Counted from the first letter of the stretch, positions 19,117 to 32,052 are shown. The stretch: DNA of 64,000 nt from an uncultured Pseudomonadales bacterium (GCA_964404025.1 CAYOIJ010000003.1:10727-74726), one strand, 5' to 3'. The notes: generated by a model not told the origin, from the sequence alone. Translations and numbers: made by a program.

Positions 19117-19767
19117 TTAGACAATTTCTCCCTTATAAATCCAGACTTTAATGCCAACATAACCAGATCTGGTTTTAGCTGGCTGCTCATAATAATCAAT
19201 GTTAGCTCTTAAAGTTTGAGTTGGAATACTTCCCTGAAAATACTTTTCATTACGACCAATTTCTGCACCAGCAATTCTTCCAGATAATTGTATTTTGATT
19301 CCCTTAGCTCCTGCGCCCATCACTCTTTCCATGGCTTGTTTAACCGCACGTCGATGAGGATAACGAGCAATCAATTGACTAATGATTCTTTCTGTCACTA
19401 GCTTAGCGCTTAAATCTGGTTTTTTTACTTCTTCAATTTTTAATTCAATGCGTGATTGTTCTTTTTTACTTTTTGAAACGTTAACAATTTGATCAACACC
19501 AGCTTTAATTCTTTCTAAATTTTGTCCTCCCTTACCAATAACCACACCTGGTCTGGCCACCTCAATAATTAAAGTTAACTTACTAATTGAGCGTTTAATA
19601 TTAATTTCCACTAATCCAGCGTTAGATAATTTTTTTTCTAAATACTTGCGCAAACGATAATCTTCCAAAACATTCTTTGCATAATTGCTTTTGTCAGCAA
19701 ACCAACGAGATTTCCAGCTGAAAATTCCGCCCATACGCAATAGTGTTGGATTAACTTTTTGTCCCAT
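19117..19767 (-). CDS. rpsC: 30S ribosomal protein S3
   Basis: MGQKVNPTLLR... with a KH domain; S3 family. Confidence 0.92.
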   Translation of the reverse strand: MGQKVNPTLLRMGGIFSWKSRWFADKSNYAKNVLEDYRLRKYLEKKLSNAGLVEINIKRSISKLTLIIEVARPGVVIGKGGQNLERIKAGVDQIVNVSKSKKEQSRIELKIEEVKKPDLSAKLVTERIISQLIARYPHRRAVKQAMERVMGAGAKGIKIQLSGRIAGAEIGRNEKYFQGSIPTQTLRANIDYYEQPAKTRSGYVGIKVWIYKGEIV

Positions 19768-19769
19768 AT

Positions 19770-20303
19770 TTATTCTTTACTTTTTTTGCTTACTTTTTTA
19801 GTTGTAGCTTTAGTTTTACTGCTAACTTTCTTACTTATTTTAGATTTACTAGTTTTTTTACTAGCTGTTTTTGTTACTTTATTTGTTTTCTTGGTTTTTG
19901 TTGGCTTCTTTTCTTCTTTATCTTTTTTACTTGATTTGTCCATTTTTTTGACCACTTCTTTTTTGCTTGAGTCTTTTTTTTCCAGCTCAACTTTAATATG
20001 ACAGGATCTTTTTAAGATAGTGTGAGCTCGACCACGACTAACTGCCCTCCAACGCTTATAGGTTGGTGCGACATCGACTACAATATTTTTAATTTTTAAT
20101 TCATCAAGTGACAACTGATGATTATTCATTGCGTTAGCAATTGCTTGACGCAGAGTTTTTAAAATTACTAAACTAGCTCTACGCTCCATTACTGCTAATT
20201 GCTTCAGCGCATCTTCGATAGACATTTTTTTAACAACATCAGCTACATAGCGAACTTTGCGTGCAGTTTGTCTGGTGTTTTTTTGTGTTGCAGTAATAAT
20301 CAT
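19770..20303 (-). CDS. rplV: 50S ribosomal protein L22, with a Lys-rich C-terminal extension
   Basis: The L22 core is followed by ~65 aa of KKDSSKKEVVKK...KKVSKKSKE. Confidence 0.9.
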   Translation of the reverse strand: MIITATQKNTRQTARKVRYVADVVKKMSIEDALKQLAVMERRASLVILKTLRQAIANAMNNHQLSLDELKIKNIVVDVAPTYKRWRAVSRGRAHTILKRSCHIKVELEKKDSSKKEVVKKMDKSSKKDKEEKKPTKTKKTNKVTKTASKKTSKSKISKKVSSKTKATTKKVSKKSKE

Positions 20304-20321
20304 TTTTTCCTAATATGAATT

Positions 20322-20606
20322 TTAAGTTTTAGCCAAAATTCTTTTAACCATTTTCCCATGACCTCTAAAAGTGCGAGTGGGAGCAAACTCACCTAACTTA
20401 TGACCCACCATCATCTCAGAAATAAAAACTTCTACAAAATTTTTACCTTGATGAATTAAAAAAGAATGTCCAACAAATTCTGGAGCAACAGTACAAGCTC
20501 TGCTCCAAGTCTTAATTGGAGTTTTATCACCAGTTTCTTTTTGCTTCATCACTTTTTTGAGAAGCTTTTGATCAACAAATGGTCCTTTTTTATTTGATCT
20601 AGACAT
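20322..20606 (-). CDS. rpsS: 30S ribosomal protein S19
   Basis: S19 family, [16 protein letters not shown]. Confidence 0.92.
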   Translation of the reverse strand: MSRSNKKGPFVDQKLLKKVMKQKETGDKTPIKTWSRACTVAPEFVGHSFLIHQGKNFVEVFISEMMVGHKLGEFAPTRTFRGHGKMVKRILAKT

Positions 20607-20620
20607 TAATTAGTTTTCCT

Positions 20621-21457
20621 TTAACTTTTACTACGACGATCACGTACAATCCACTTATTAGTTTTTCGAGGACTGCGTGTTTTTTTACCTGGAGCTGCAA
20701 TTTTACCCCAAGGTGTTTTCTGGTATTTTAAGCCAACACCACTGCGACCTTCACCACCACCGTGGGGATGACTGCCTGGGTGCTGAGCAGTACCACGCAC
20801 TGCTGGGCGAATACCCATTAGGCGTTTGGTACCAGCCTTACCAAGTTTGCGATTTTTCCAATCAGCATTAGCAAGACTGCCTATTGTAGCGAAACAATCA
20901 AGATTTATCAATCTAAATTCTTTAGAAGGTAGTTGAACAGTTGCATAGTTTTTTTCTTTGGATTGAATAATTGCTCCTAAACCAGCTCCACGAACTAATT
21001 GGGCTCCTTTGCCTGGCCTAAGTTCTATATTATGAATTTCAACACCAAGAGGAATATTCTTTAAAGGCATGGCATTACCAACTGCGGTGCTGAGTTTTTC
21101 ACCAGCCATTACCTCATCTCCAATTTTTAAATTTTCTGGAGCCAAGATATAGCGTTTTTCACCATCCTTATAAACCAAAAGAGCAATATTAGCGCTGCGC
21201 ATTGGATCGTATTCAATTCTCTTAACCACTGCTGGAACATTCAATTTATTACGCTTAAAATCAATGATGCGTTGACGCTTTTTAACTCCTCCTCCTCGAT
21301 GACGCATGGAAATATGTCCCTTAGCATCTCTGCCAGAACGTTTTTTATGACCTTTGCGCAACAAAGATTTTTCAGGAGCACCTTTGTGCAACTTTTTACG
21401 ATCTATGTCAACTCGGTGTCTAGTACCAGGAGTACCAGTTTTGTTTTTCTTCAACAT
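20621..21457 (-). CDS. rplB: 50S ribosomal protein L2
   Basis: L2 family, ...HPHGGGEGRS... Confidence 0.93.
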   Translation of the reverse strand: MLKKNKTGTPGTRHRVDIDRKKLHKGAPEKSLLRKGHKKRSGRDAKGHISMRHRGGGVKKRQRIIDFKRNKLNVPAVVKRIEYDPMRSANIALLVYKDGEKRYILAPENLKIGDEVMAGEKLSTAVGNAMPLKNIPLGVEIHNIELRPGKGAQLVRGAGLGAIIQSKEKNYATVQLPSKEFRLINLDCFATIGSLANADWKNRKLGKAGTKRLMGIRPAVRGTAQHPGSHPHGGGEGRSGVGLKYQKTPWGKIAAPGKKTRSPRKTNKWIVRDRRSKS

Positions 21458-21756
21458 TATTGATCTCCTCCAATATCAAAAAGAGCAATGGTTTGGCCCT
21501 TGGCCAGCTTAATGTAAGCCTTTTTTGTTTTTGGACTAACTGTACTAATTCTTTTTCGACCGGTTTTTTTCTTTACTCGATGTCTAACTACTGTGTTAAC
21601 TTCCAAAACTTTAACATCAAAAACATCTTCCACTGCTTGTTTAATTTGTCCCTTGTGGGCGTTCATCAACACTTCAAAAGTATAGACATTAAGCTTATTG
21701 GCTAAGCTTAGTGATCTTTCAGTAATGACTGGTTTTTTGATTAAATAAGCGTTCAT
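21457..21756 (-). CDS. rplW: 50S ribosomal protein L23
   Basis: L23 family. Confidence 0.9.
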   Translation of the reverse strand: MNAYLIKKPVITERSLSLANKLNVYTFEVLMNAHKGQIKQAVEDVFDVKVLEVNTVVRHRVKKKTGRKRISTVSPKTKKAYIKLAKGQTIALFDIGGDQ

Positions 21757-21758
21757 GT

Positions 21759-22403
21759 TTATTTCTTAATACTTTTCTTCTTAACTTTAACAAATCTATC
21801 TTCTAGAGTTTTTAAAGCAGTTAAATCGATAAGAATCTTGTCTGCTGAAACTACTTGTAAGACATTAAGCCTCTCAGCTGTAGTTACCAATACATTGGGC
21901 AAATTAGCTAAAGCTCTTATAACAGCTTCATTAACCTTGTTTAAGACTACCAAAACCTTGTCCATATCCTGACCAACTTTTACTATTAATTTTTGAGCTT
22001 CTTTGGTTTTGCCTTTAAGACCAACTATATCTTTACTAACAAACAAGTTCTTTTTCTGTAAAGTTAAAGCGTGTTTGAGAGCAATTAATTTAGATTTTTT
22101 ATTTAATTTAAGAGACCAGTTTTCAATAGCACGAGGTCCATGGGACACGCCACCTCCAACAAAAATATTGGGAGTTCTTGCTCCATGACGCGCATTACCC
22201 GTACCTTTTTGTTTGTACCATTTTTTCTTAGTTCTCTTAACCTCACTCCGAGTTTTAGTGTAGCTAGTACCCTGCCTTAAATTGGCCTGATAAACTCTAA
22301 CCGCTTGAGCTAATAGTGCATCAGCAGCTTGATCAGAAAACAAAATATCGTTTACTCTGATTTTTTCGTTTTTGCTAGTAGAGTCAATAATTGGCAATTG
22401 CAT
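21759..22403 (-). CDS. rplD: 50S ribosomal protein L4
   Basis: L4 family. Confidence 0.9.
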   Translation of the reverse strand: MQLPIIDSTSKNEKIRVNDILFSDQAADALLAQAVRVYQANLRQGTSYTKTRSEVKRTKKKWYKQKGTGNARHGARTPNIFVGGGVSHGPRAIENWSLKLNKKSKLIALKHALTLQKKNLFVSKDIVGLKGKTKEAQKLIVKVGQDMDKVLVVLNKVNEAVIRALANLPNVLVTTAERLNVLQVVSADKILIDLTALKTLEDRFVKVKKKSIKK

Positions 22404-23215
22404 TAAGCTAATTTTTCTTCTTTAACTTCTTTATTTGTTTCTATAACTTTTTTCTCAGCTTTTTCCTCGACTTTTTTTTCACTTACTTTGTTTTCAACTT
22501 GTTTTTCAAGCTCTTCTTTTTTATCCTCTTTTTTTACTTCTTGCTCATCTGTTTTTTTAAACAAAGACATGTTTAGTTCTAAATCTTTCTTTTCACCAGT
22601 TTTTTGAATTCTAACTATAGAATTTTTATGACCAGGAACTGGACCTGTCACCCAAACCTCTTTGTTTTCTAAATCAATATGAGCCACTACTAATCCCAAA
22701 ACAGTCTTTGTCTCGACTCCGTAGTGACCAGGCATTTTTTTACCTTTCCAAACTCTACCAGGATCAGTACCTGAGCCAATAGATCCAGGAGCACGCTGAC
22801 GGTCAGATTGACCATGTGTTCGTGGCCCACCATGAAAACCGTATCGTTTAACTACACCGGCAAAACCACGCCCCTTACTAACCCCCTGAACAGCCACCAC
22901 ATCTCCAACCTCTAGAACCTGATTTGCCTGAATTTTTTCACCTTTTTTAATATCTTCATCGGCCTCAATAGCTCTAATTTGCCTAAAACCAGAAGAAAAA
23001 CCACTCTGTGAGATTTGTTCTCGGAGTGGTTTAGCTACATTTTTTAATTTCTTTGCGCCGTAAGCAATCTCAGCCTTTAAAACTTGATTTTGATCTTTTT
23101 TAACACTTAAAACACAGTTGTCATCAACCATTAGTTTAGTAATAGGAAGACGTTTTCCCAGCTTTGACCAAGCTTGAGACATGCCGATTTTTGTAGCAAA
23201 TATTGTATTTAGCAT
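22403..23215 (-). CDS. rplC: 50S ribosomal protein L3, with a Lys/Glu-rich C-terminal extension
   Basis: The L3 core is followed by ~60 aa of KKTDEQEVKKEDKKEELEKQ... Confidence 0.9.
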   Translation of the reverse strand: MLNTIFATKIGMSQAWSKLGKRLPITKLMVDDNCVLSVKKDQNQVLKAEIAYGAKKLKNVAKPLREQISQSGFSSGFRQIRAIEADEDIKKGEKIQANQVLEVGDVVAVQGVSKGRGFAGVVKRYGFHGGPRTHGQSDRQRAPGSIGSGTDPGRVWKGKKMPGHYGVETKTVLGLVVAHIDLENKEVWVTGPVPGHKNSIVRIQKTGEKKDLELNMSLFKKTDEQEVKKEDKKEELEKQVENKVSEKKVEEKAEKKVIETNKEVKEEKLA

Positions 23216-23271
23216 TCTTCCTTTTATTCCGTCTGGTCAATTTAGTTTTAGTCCTTAAATAAATTAATAAC

Positions 23272-23592
23272 TTACATTTTAATTTGGATGTCTACACCTG
23301 CTGGCAACTCCAAATGCATTAAAGAGTCAATAGTTTTATTAGTTGGATCAATAATATCAATTAGGCGCTTATGAGTACGAATCTCGTAATGTTCCTGAGC
23401 ATCCTTATCTGTGTGTGGAGAAATCAAAACAGTAAAAGATTTAGTATGAGTGGGTAAAGGAACTGGTCCTATAACCTTAGCTCCTGTAGAAAGAGCTGTT
23501 TGTAATATTTTGCGACTAGCCTCATCAATCACTCGATGATCATATGATTTTAGTCTCACTCGAATCTTGTATGTGTTTTGGTTCTTTGCCAT
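23272..23592 (-). CDS. rpsJ: 30S ribosomal protein S10
   Basis: [14 protein letters not shown]..., S10 family. Confidence 0.92.
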   Translation of the reverse strand: MAKNQNTYKIRVRLKSYDHRVIDEASRKILQTALSTGAKVIGPVPLPTHTKSFTVLISPHTDKDAQEHYEIRTHKRLIDIIDPTNKTIDSLMHLELPAGVDIQIKM

Positions 23593-23828
23593 ACTAATTT
23601 TTTAACACTTTATTAACTTGTTATAGGTTTTTGCTAATTAAAGCAATTTAGACCTGACTCCTACTTGAGACAAATATTTCTCTGTAGAAATCACAAAGCG
23701 CGATTATAACTAATTTTCTTCAAGTTGTATAGATGATAAATAAAAAAATTAATCTTCCAGCGCTTTTACCTATCTCTTTTAGCGAGACTTGTATTTTACC
23801 AGAGAGAAAAATAAAGAGCAAGAGAAAC

Positions 23829-23854
23829 TAAAAACCCTCATCAACGGACGAGGG
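23829..23854 (-). terminator. rho-independent terminator downstream of tuf, upstream of the S10 operon leader
   Basis: On the minus-strand transcript this reads CCCUCGUC-CGUU-GAUGAGGG, an 8-bp stem with one G:U pair, followed by UUUUU. Confidence 0.55.
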
Positions 23855-23880
23855 TTAGTTTAGCAATAATTAAGCTTTAC

Positions 23881-25077
23881 TTATTCAATAATTTTAGTAA
23901 CTGCACCAGCTCCAACAGTTAAACCACCTTCTCGAATTGCAAAACGAAAACCATCGTGAATAGCAACTGGAGTAATTAGTTCAACAGTCATCTTGGCATT
24001 ATCACCAGGCATAACCATTTCAACACCTTCTGGTAATTTAATCTCACCAGTTACGTCTGTGGTGCGAATGTAGAATTGGGGTTTATAACCAGAGAAAAAT
24101 GGTTTATGACGACCACCTTCTTCTTTCTTCAAGATATAAACTTCAGCTTCAAATTTCTTATGAGCTGCGGCGCTGCCTGGAGCAGCCAATAATTGACCAC
24201 GCTCAACACCATCTTTTTCAGTGCCACGCAATAAAATACCAACGTTATCTCCAGCCTGCCCTTGATCAAGCATTTTTCTAAACATTTCTACACCAGTAAC
24301 TGTAGTTGATTTTTTGTCACGGATACCAACTATATCTACTGTTTCGCCAACTTTAACTACACCAGTCTCAATACGACCTGTGACTACTGTTCCGCGACCT
24401 TTGATAGAAAAGACGTCTTCAATATACATGGAAAAAGGCTTGTCAATATCACGCACTGGTTCAGGAATGTAGTCATCGACTGCATCGAGTAGTTTCATAA
24501 TTTGATCTTGAGCATCTTTGTCACCTTCTAGGGCTTTAAGGGCGCTGACTCGCAAAACTGGAGCGTTGTCACCATCATAACCATATTTAGTTAAAAGCTC
24601 TCGAACTTCCATTTCCACTAAATCAAGTAATTCCGCATCATCAACCATGTCACACTTGTTCAAAGCAACAATTAGTTTAGGTACGTTTACCTGATTAGCC
24701 AATAAGATATGCTCTCGAGTCTGAGGCATTGGACCATCAGTAGCTGATACTACTAAGATAGCTCCATCCATTTGAGCAGCACCAGTAATCATGTTTTTAA
24801 TATAGTCAGCATGACCTGGGGCATCGATGTGAGCGTAGTGGCGCTTTTCTGTTTCATACTCTATATGAGAAATATTAATTGTAATACCTCTCGCAATCTC
24901 TTCAGCACTACTTTCAACATCGTCATATTTCATAGCTTTATTGGTTTCTGTTGGAACCTTTTCTGCTAAAACATGAGTCATTGCTGCTGTTAAAGTAGTT
25001 TTACCATGATCAACGTGGCCAATTGTACCAATATTGACGTGGGGTTTATTTCTGACAAATTTTTGTGCATCTGCCAT
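23881..25077 (-). CDS. tuf: elongation factor Tu
   Basis: [13 protein letters not shown] plus full-length EF-Tu sequence; 398 aa. Confidence 0.95.
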   Translation of the reverse strand: MADAQKFVRNKPHVNIGTIGHVDHGKTTLTAAMTHVLAEKVPTETNKAMKYDDVESSAEEIARGITINISHIEYETEKRHYAHIDAPGHADYIKNMITGAAQMDGAILVVSATDGPMPQTREHILLANQVNVPKLIVALNKCDMVDDAELLDLVEMEVRELLTKYGYDGDNAPVLRVSALKALEGDKDAQDQIMKLLDAVDDYIPEPVRDIDKPFSMYIEDVFSIKGRGTVVTGRIETGVVKVGETVDIVGIRDKKSTTVTGVEMFRKMLDQGQAGDNVGILLRGTEKDGVERGQLLAAPGSAAAHKKFEAEVYILKKEEGGRHKPFFSGYKPQFYIRTTDVTGEIKLPEGVEMVMPGDNAKMTVELITPVAIHDGFRFAIREGGLTVGAGAVTKIIE

Positions 25078-25148
25078 AACTTTTATCTCCTTTTTATAAT
25101 ACTTACTAATAATTTTTAACCATCTTATTATACACTAAATCTGAAAAA

Positions 25149-27281
25149 TTAGGCTTTTTTGCCTTTTCTTTCTTCAATGATTCCCTCGGTGATATTACGA
25201 GGCACTTCATCATAGTGGCTGGGCAATAAAACACTTGTGGCCCGACCCTGAGTCATGCCACGTAAGGTCGTTACATAACCCTGCATCTCTGCTAGTGGGG
25301 CGATAGCTGTAATAATACTAATATTACCACGTTGATTGGTTCCTTGAATTTGTGCTCTACGACTACCTAAGTCACCAATGACATCTCCCATATATTCTTC
25401 TGGAGTGCTAACTTCAACCTTCATAATTGGCTCAATCAACACCATGTCTGCCTTGCTTACTGCGTCACGCATAGCAAACGAGCCAGCCATTTTAAAAGCT
25501 AACTCACTAGAATCAACCTCATGATAAGAACCATCATATAGAGTTACTTGAACGTCAACCATAGGATAATTGGCCAAAAAACCACGATCTAGGGCTTCTT
25601 TCACACCCTTATTGGTTGGCTCAATATACTCTCTAGGTACTGTTCCACCTTTAATTTCATTGACGAACTCATAGCCAGTGCCACGATCCTTAGGTTCAAT
25701 GCGCAATAAAACGTGACCGTATTGTCCACGACCACCAGATTGTTTAATGTATTTACCCTCACCCTCAGCTTCTCTTTTAATTGTTTCACGATAAGCTACT
25801 TGAGGCTTACCAACATCAGCATCAACATGAAATTCGCGTTTGAGGCGATCAACGATAATTTCTAAGTGTAGTTCGCCCATACCACCAATAATGGTTTGGC
25901 CAGTTTCTTGATCTGACTTAATGCTAAAAGTTGGATCTTCTTCACTCAGTTTTGCAAGAGCCATACCCATCTTTTCTTGATCAACTTTAGTACGTGGTTC
26001 GATAGCTAAATAAATGACTGGTTCGGCAAAAGTAATGCCCTCCAAAACTATTGGATGTTTTTCATCACACAAAGTATCACCAGTCTTGGTTTCTTTTAAA
26101 CCAATCATTGCTACAATTTCTCCAGCTGCGGCTTCACTAATTTCTTCTCTTTGATTAGCATGCATCAACAACAAACGTCCCAAGCGTTCTTTAGTGTCTT
26201 TACTAGAGTTATAAATATAACTGCCAGATTGCATAGTTCCTGAATAAATACGAAAATAAGTTAATTTTCCAACGTGAGGATCAGTTTGAATTTTAAAAGC
26301 TAGGCCACAAAATTTTTCTTCAGGAGTTAGTTTGCGTTCAATTACTTCTTCAGTACCTGGTTCAAGGCCAGTAATATGTTCTATATCTAAAGGAGATGGT
26401 AAATATTCAACAACCGCATCCAGCAGTGGCTGGAGTCCGGTGTTTTTAAGCGAAGAACCAGCATAAACTGGAACAAGTTTGTAATCAATAACTGCTTGTC
26501 GTAGGGCTATCTTTAATTCATTAAGTTCAATTTCTTCCGAATTAAGGAATTTTTCCATCAATTTATCATCAGTCTCGGCAATTGACTCTACTAACTCAGC
26601 TCGCATTTTTTCCACTTCTGATTGATATTGTTCAGGAATCTCTTTAACTTCAGGTTCAGTAGCTGCCTCATGATCTTCCCAGAAATAAGCTTGACGAGTC
26701 AATAAATTTATTATCCCATCAAAATTATCTTCACTGCCCATTGGTAAGACCATAACTGCTGGTTTCACACCAAATTTAGTACGGATATCTTCTACTGTTG
26801 CCTTAAAATCTGCCCCCAATTTATCCATTTTATTAACAAAACAAATTCTGGGAACATTATATTTATCAGCTTGACGCCAAACTGTTTCTGACTGAGATTG
26901 CACACCTTCACTAGCATCTAGGACCGTAATCCCACCATCAAGCACTCTCAGTGAACGCTCTACTTCGGCAGTAAAATCAACGTGTCCTGGAGTATCAATA
27001 ATGTTGAAACGATAGGATTCTTTAGCTAAATGAGTATCAAAATAAGGCTTCCAAAAACAAGTGGTAGCTGCTGACATAATAGTAATACCACGCTCTTGTT
27101 CTTGCTCCATCCAGTCCATAGTGGCAGCACCCTCGTGAACTTCTCCGATCTTATAGTTACGACCAGTGTAAAAGAGAATTCTCTCTGTGGTGGTGGTTTT
27201 GCCAGCGTCAATATGAGCAATGATTCCAATATTTCTAATTCTATCTAGAGCTACTTTACGCTGACCTGAAATATCTGACAT
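25149..27281 (-). CDS. fusA: elongation factor G
   Basis: [12 protein letters not shown] plus full-length EF-G sequence; 710 aa. Confidence 0.95.
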   Translation of the reverse strand: MSDISGQRKVALDRIRNIGIIAHIDAGKTTTTERILFYTGRNYKIGEVHEGAATMDWMEQEQERGITIMSAATTCFWKPYFDTHLAKESYRFNIIDTPGHVDFTAEVERSLRVLDGGITVLDASEGVQSQSETVWRQADKYNVPRICFVNKMDKLGADFKATVEDIRTKFGVKPAVMVLPMGSEDNFDGIINLLTRQAYFWEDHEAATEPEVKEIPEQYQSEVEKMRAELVESIAETDDKLMEKFLNSEEIELNELKIALRQAVIDYKLVPVYAGSSLKNTGLQPLLDAVVEYLPSPLDIEHITGLEPGTEEVIERKLTPEEKFCGLAFKIQTDPHVGKLTYFRIYSGTMQSGSYIYNSSKDTKERLGRLLLMHANQREEISEAAAGEIVAMIGLKETKTGDTLCDEKHPIVLEGITFAEPVIYLAIEPRTKVDQEKMGMALAKLSEEDPTFSIKSDQETGQTIIGGMGELHLEIIVDRLKREFHVDADVGKPQVAYRETIKREAEGEGKYIKQSGGRGQYGHVLLRIEPKDRGTGYEFVNEIKGGTVPREYIEPTNKGVKEALDRGFLANYPMVDVQVTLYDGSYHEVDSSELAFKMAGSFAMRDAVSKADMVLIEPIMKVEVSTPEEYMGDVIGDLGSRRAQIQGTNQRGNISIITAIAPLAEMQGYVTTLRGMTQGRATSVLLPSHYDEVPRNITEGIIEERKGKKA

Positions 27282-27370
27282 AAATACTTTTGCGCGCTTT
27301 AGGCGCTTTTTTCTAATAATATAATAAACAATAATTCTATAATTTTTTTACTTAAATAACTAGCGATATT

Positions 27371-27847
27371 TTACCAACGGAAATGGGAAAAAGCCTTGTT
27401 AGCTTCGGCCATTCGGTGAGAGGTATTTCGTTTTTCAATTGCTCCGCCTTGTTCAGTCAAAGCATCTAAGATTTCAGCTGCTAATTTTTCTGCGAAAGTG
27501 TGGAATTGTTTATTTGGCCTCTTGTTAGCCTCATTAATTAACCAACGAATACTCAAAGAACGAGCCCTTAAATCTCTGACAGGCATTGGTACTTGATAAG
27601 AAGCCCCTCCTACACGACGAGTTCTTACTTCCATTTTTGGCTTAATTTTTTCTAAAGCTTCTTCTAAAACTTCTACAGGCTTGCGTTTACTTTGCTTAGA
27701 CACAATTTCCAGCGCTGCATAAACTTGTTTTTGAGCTACTGATTTTTTACCATCCCTCATACTACGGTTAATTAAACCCTGTACTAAGGTGGATCCGTGC
27801 TTAACATCTTTTTCTACAGGACGAATGGTGGCTTTCTTAGTTCTCAT
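27371..27847 (-). CDS. rpsG: 30S ribosomal protein S7
   Basis: S7 family. Confidence 0.92.
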   Translation of the reverse strand: MRTKKATIRPVEKDVKHGSTLVQGLINRSMRDGKKSVAQKQVYAALEIVSKQSKRKPVEVLEEALEKIKPKMEVRTRRVGGASYQVPMPVRDLRARSLSIRWLINEANKRPNKQFHTFAEKLAAEILDALTEQGGAIEKRNTSHRMAEANKAFSHFRW

Positions 27848-27852
27848 AAATC

Positions 27853-28263
27853 TTAACTCCTCTTCACCCCATATTTACTACGGCTTGATTTTCTTTCATC
27901 AACGCCAGCACAATCATACTTGCCACGGACAATATGGTATTTAACTCCAGGTAAATCTTTAACTCTACCACCGCGCACTAACACCACGCTGTGTTCTGCT
28001 AAATTATGTCCCTCTCCTGGAATATAAGCTGTCACTTCAACCTTATTTGACAAACGCACTCTTGCTACCTTACGCAGTGCAGAGTTAGGCTTCTTTGGCG
28101 TCATGGTTTTAACCACAGTACACACACCCCGTTTTTGAGGGTTAATTGTTTTAGTCGGACGATTAGTATTTGAATTAAAACTACGACGCAGCGCAGTTGC
28201 TTTAACGCGTTTAGTTCTTTTCTTTCTTCCGCCTTTTCTGATTAGTTGATTAATAGTTGGCAT
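27853..28263 (-). CDS. rpsL: 30S ribosomal protein S12
   Basis: [13 protein letters not shown]..., S12 family. Confidence 0.93.
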   Translation of the reverse strand: MPTINQLIRKGGRKKRTKRVKATALRRSFNSNTNRPTKTINPQKRGVCTVVKTMTPKKPNSALRKVARVRLSNKVEVTAYIPGEGHNLAEHSVVLVRGGRVKDLPGVKYHIVRGKYDCAGVDERKSSRSKYGVKRS

Positions 28264-28332
28264 AAATATTTTTATTTTCTATAACTTGAAGGGCAATTTT
28301 AACATAAGAGTCAGAGTTTATCCAGATTCTCT

Positions 28333-31300
28333 CTAATCTAAACGCGCCCTTTCTTCACTAGTAGGAATTAAGCGGCCAATAATTACATTCTCCTTCAAAC
28401 CCTTGAGGTAATCAATTGATCCCTCAGCGGCAGCATCAGTCAAAACATGCTTAGTGTGTTGGAAAGAAGCTGCTGACAACCAAGAATCAGTAAATAGTGA
28501 GGAACGAGTGATACCCAAAAGAAGCACTCTAGCAGTAGCGGGGTCACCACCGGCTGCCATTACATCCTCATTGGCATCAACAAAACGACTACGCTCCACT
28601 ACTTCACCAACTAAGAAATCAGTATCTCCTGGTATATCGATCTGTAACTTGTCGCCCATTTTTCTGGCTATAACTTCAAAGTGTTTATCATTAATAGTGA
28701 TACCTTGTGATTCGTAAACTGCCTGGACTTGATCAACTATATATTGCTGAGTAGCTAATAATCCAGAAAGCTGTAGTAATTCCTGAATATTAATTCCACC
28801 AGAAGTTAGGGGTTGTCCCGTAGAAACTAATTCTTTATCTGCTACTTTGAGAGTAATAGAACTAGATAAGGTATAACTTTCTTCCTCACCATTATCACCT
28901 TTAATAGTAATTTCCTGGTCATTATCTTTTTGTTTAATCCTCACCTTTCCAGGAAAATGGGCAATAATTGCCTGAAGTTTAGGGTTGCGCGCTTCTAATA
29001 ACTCCTCAACACGTGGTAAACCCTGAGTCACATCTAAACCAACAATACCACCAGAGTGTTTAACTCGCATGGTTAACTGCGTACCAGGCTCTCCAATTGA
29101 TTGGGCCGCTAATACTCCGACAGGAACACCAATTTTAACTTGACTACGATTAGAGAAATCCCAACCATAACACTTGGCACACAAGCCGTGCTTGGCACGA
29201 CAGGTAAGAGCAGATCTCACCCAAACTGACTCAACACTGCTTTGATTTATCTTTTCAGCTAAATCAGGAGTGATTAATTCACCAGTTTTTACTAAAATCT
29301 TCTTTCCTTCTTTAATATCTTTGCTCACATGTCTGCCAATAATTCGAGCCATGAATACGTCTTTTCTTGGCAACCTGATGATTTCAATTCCATCTTCAGT
29401 GCCACAATCTTCAGAACGAATGATGGCATCGTGAGCTACATCAACAAGTCGACGAGTTAAATAACCAGCATCAGCAGTTTTGATTGCTGAATCAGTTAAA
29501 CCTTTTCGGGAGCCACGAGCTGACGTCACATATTCAAAAATACTCAGACCTTGTCTAAAGTTAGATTTGGTAGGCATTTCCACAATATTGCCTAAAGGAT
29601 CAACAACCAGGCCACGCATGGCTGCCAATTGTTTAACTTGATCTTTAGAAGCACGAGTACCACCAGAATCAATAATAGTTTTAACACTATTGTTATCATC
29701 ATAAGTAGCCCAAGTTTTCTCCGCTAATTCTTCTGTAGTTTTAATCCAAACATCTAATGATTGACGACGACGTTCCTCTTCAGCAATCAATCCTTGGGTG
29801 TAATAATCTTGAATTTTTTCTACTGACTTGTTGGCCTTGTCGATAATCTGATCTTTTTCTTCAATCATGCCACAATCAGTTACACCTACTGACAAACCAG
29901 ATTTAGTGGCTGCCTCAAAGCCCAAATCTTTAATATCATCAATCATAGTGGCTACAACAGACTCTGGCTCAGTCTCAATTGCTTTAGTTACAATTTGCTT
30001 AATTCTTTTAGAATCTATGGTTTCGTTAATAAAACGCAAGCTAACAGGTAAGACACTATTAAATAACAAACGACCTACACTAGTTTCAACTAAATGAGTT
30101 TCTCCTTTGATCTTGAATTTAACTTTAATTTTTTGACGAAGTGCTAAGCGTCCTGTTTGATAAAGATGATAAGCTTCATTTTTACTACTTAAAACAGCAG
30201 GAAAATCTTCTAAGTCCTCATCAAAACCAGTATAATAATAAGCGCCCATAGCCATATCTTTGTTTGGCAAAGTAACCGGCTCACCATTCGCTGGTTTGAG
30301 CAAATTATGCTCAGGCATCATTAGCTCAATAGCCTCTTTTTGAGCCTCTTTGGTAAGAGGCACATGAACAGCCATTTGGTCACCATCAAAGTCAGCATTA
30401 TAACCAGCACAAACACAAGGATGGAGTGCAATCGCACTACCTTCAATTAGAACTGGAAAGAAAGCTTGAATACCAAGTTTGTGTAAAGTTGGAGCTCGAT
30501 TGAGTAAAACTGGATGATTCTCAATTACTTTTTCCAAAACTGCATAAACATCTGCTTCTCGACGATCTACTAAGTGACGAGCGCTCTTTACATTAGGAGC
30601 AATACCACGAACAATTAATTCTCGCAAAACATAAGGCTTAAACATTTCTAAAGCCATATCTTTAGGCAAACCACACTGATTAAGTTTTAATTCTGGACCA
30701 ACAATAATTACACTACGTCCAGAGTAATCAACTCGTTTACCCAATAGGTTTTGACGGAAACGACCAGTTTTACCACGCAACATTTCGGAAAGAGAGCGTA
30801 ATGGTCGACGATTTGAACGACGACGAGTTTGTTTAGCTTGAGAGCTATCAATTAAGGAATCTACAGCTTCTTGCAACATGCGCTTTTCATTACGTAAAAT
30901 AATTTCTGGAGCACCTAAATTTATCAAATGAGCTAAACGGTTATTACGATTGATCACTCTACGATACAAATCATTTAAATCTGAAGCAGCAAAACGACCA
31001 CCAGATAATTGGACCATTGGTCTTAAGTCTGGAGGTAAAACAGGTAAAATGGACAAAAACATCCAACTTGGACTAATTTCAGACTTTTTTAAACCTTCAA
31101 AAACTCGTAAGCGTTTGATAATTTTAGTCTTCTTCGCCCCTTTGCTTTCAACAAGTTCGTCACGCAGAGAAACTATTTCTTTGTCAAGATCAACCTCTTT
31201 AATTAATTCTAAAATAGCTTCTGCTCCCATCCCGACTCTTAAATGTGAGTTGGCGTTGTATTCATCAAGTTTTAAATATTCATCTTCTGTCAAAACTACT

Positions 31301-32052
31301 TTTTTCTTGATTTTTTTAACCATTTGTTTAATGGTTTTATAAATCTCTTCAGTTTGTTCAATTTGCACTTCTAATTGTTGTTTTGCCGCTACAATTTTAT
31401 TTTTAGTTTTTAAATCTAATTCAACTAGTTTTAGTTGAAGAGTTTCTTTGCTTTTAACCTTGTCTTTAAGAGCTTGAGTTTCAGTTTTAAAATCTTCCTT
31501 AATTTTTAATATTGCTTGCTCAGCATTATCTTTAAGCTCATCTATAGCAGCTACACCATCAACGTCTAATTGTTCTAGAACCGCTTTCTTTTCTTCACTA
31601 TCAACTCCCAAAACAATATATTGGGAAAAATACATAATAGAATTTAAGTTGCGTGGAGAAAGATTTAACAAGAGAGAAAGTTTAGAAGGAGCTCCCTTAA
31701 AAAACCAAATGTGAGCAACGGGGGCTGCTAATTGAATATGTCCCATTCTCTCACGACGCACTCTTGATTCAGTTACTTCCACCCCACACTTGTCACAAAT
31801 AATACCCTTGTAACGAATGCGCTTATACTTGCCACAGTGACACTCATAATCTTTGACCGGACCAAAAATTTTCTCATCAAATAGACCATCTTTTTCTGGC
31901 TTTAATGATCGATAATTAATAGTCTCTGGTTTTTTAACTTCTCCATAAGACCAATCCTTAATTTCTTCAGGAGAAGCAATTTTGATTTGTAGAGCACTAA
32001 AATCAATGATATCTTTAGTTTTTTTGACTGGTTGGTTAAAAAATTTTGGCAT
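28333..32052 (-). CDS. rpoC: DNA-directed RNA polymerase subunit beta'
   Basis: It is 1239 aa with a zinc-binding CHCGKYK...CDKCG motif and the [12 protein letters not shown] catalytic motif. Confidence 0.95.
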   Translation of the reverse strand: MPKFFNQPVKKTKDIIDFSALQIKIASPEEIKDWSYGEVKKPETINYRSLKPEKDGLFDEKIFGPVKDYECHCGKYKRIRYKGIICDKCGVEVTESRVRRERMGHIQLAAPVAHIWFFKGAPSKLSLLLNLSPRNLNSIMYFSQYIVLGVDSEEKKAVLEQLDVDGVAAIDELKDNAEQAILKIKEDFKTETQALKDKVKSKETLQLKLVELDLKTKNKIVAAKQQLEVQIEQTEEIYKTIKQMVKKIKKKVVLTEDEYLKLDEYNANSHLRVGMGAEAILELIKEVDLDKEIVSLRDELVESKGAKKTKIIKRLRVFEGLKKSEISPSWMFLSILPVLPPDLRPMVQLSGGRFAASDLNDLYRRVINRNNRLAHLINLGAPEIILRNEKRMLQEAVDSLIDSSQAKQTRRRSNRRPLRSLSEMLRGKTGRFRQNLLGKRVDYSGRSVIIVGPELKLNQCGLPKDMALEMFKPYVLRELIVRGIAPNVKSARHLVDRREADVYAVLEKVIENHPVLLNRAPTLHKLGIQAFFPVLIEGSAIALHPCVCAGYNADFDGDQMAVHVPLTKEAQKEAIELMMPEHNLLKPANGEPVTLPNKDMAMGAYYYTGFDEDLEDFPAVLSSKNEAYHLYQTGRLALRQKIKVKFKIKGETHLVETSVGRLLFNSVLPVSLRFINETIDSKRIKQIVTKAIETEPESVVATMIDDIKDLGFEAATKSGLSVGVTDCGMIEEKDQIIDKANKSVEKIQDYYTQGLIAEEERRRQSLDVWIKTTEELAEKTWATYDDNNSVKTIIDSGGTRASKDQVKQLAAMRGLVVDPLGNIVEMPTKSNFRQGLSIFEYVTSARGSRKGLTDSAIKTADAGYLTRRLVDVAHDAIIRSEDCGTEDGIEIIRLPRKDVFMARIIGRHVSKDIKEGKKILVKTGELITPDLAEKINQSSVESVWVRSALTCRAKHGLCAKCYGWDFSNRSQVKIGVPVGVLAAQSIGEPGTQLTMRVKHSGGIVGLDVTQGLPRVEELLEARNPKLQAIIAHFPGKVRIKQKDNDQEITIKGDNGEEESYTLSSSITLKVADKELVSTGQPLTSGGINIQELLQLSGLLATQQYIVDQVQAVYESQGITINDKHFEVIARKMGDKLQIDIPGDTDFLVGEVVERSRFVDANEDVMAAGGDPATARVLLLGITRSSLFTDSWLSAASFQHTKHVLTDAAAEGSIDYLKGLKENVIIGRLIPTSEERARLD

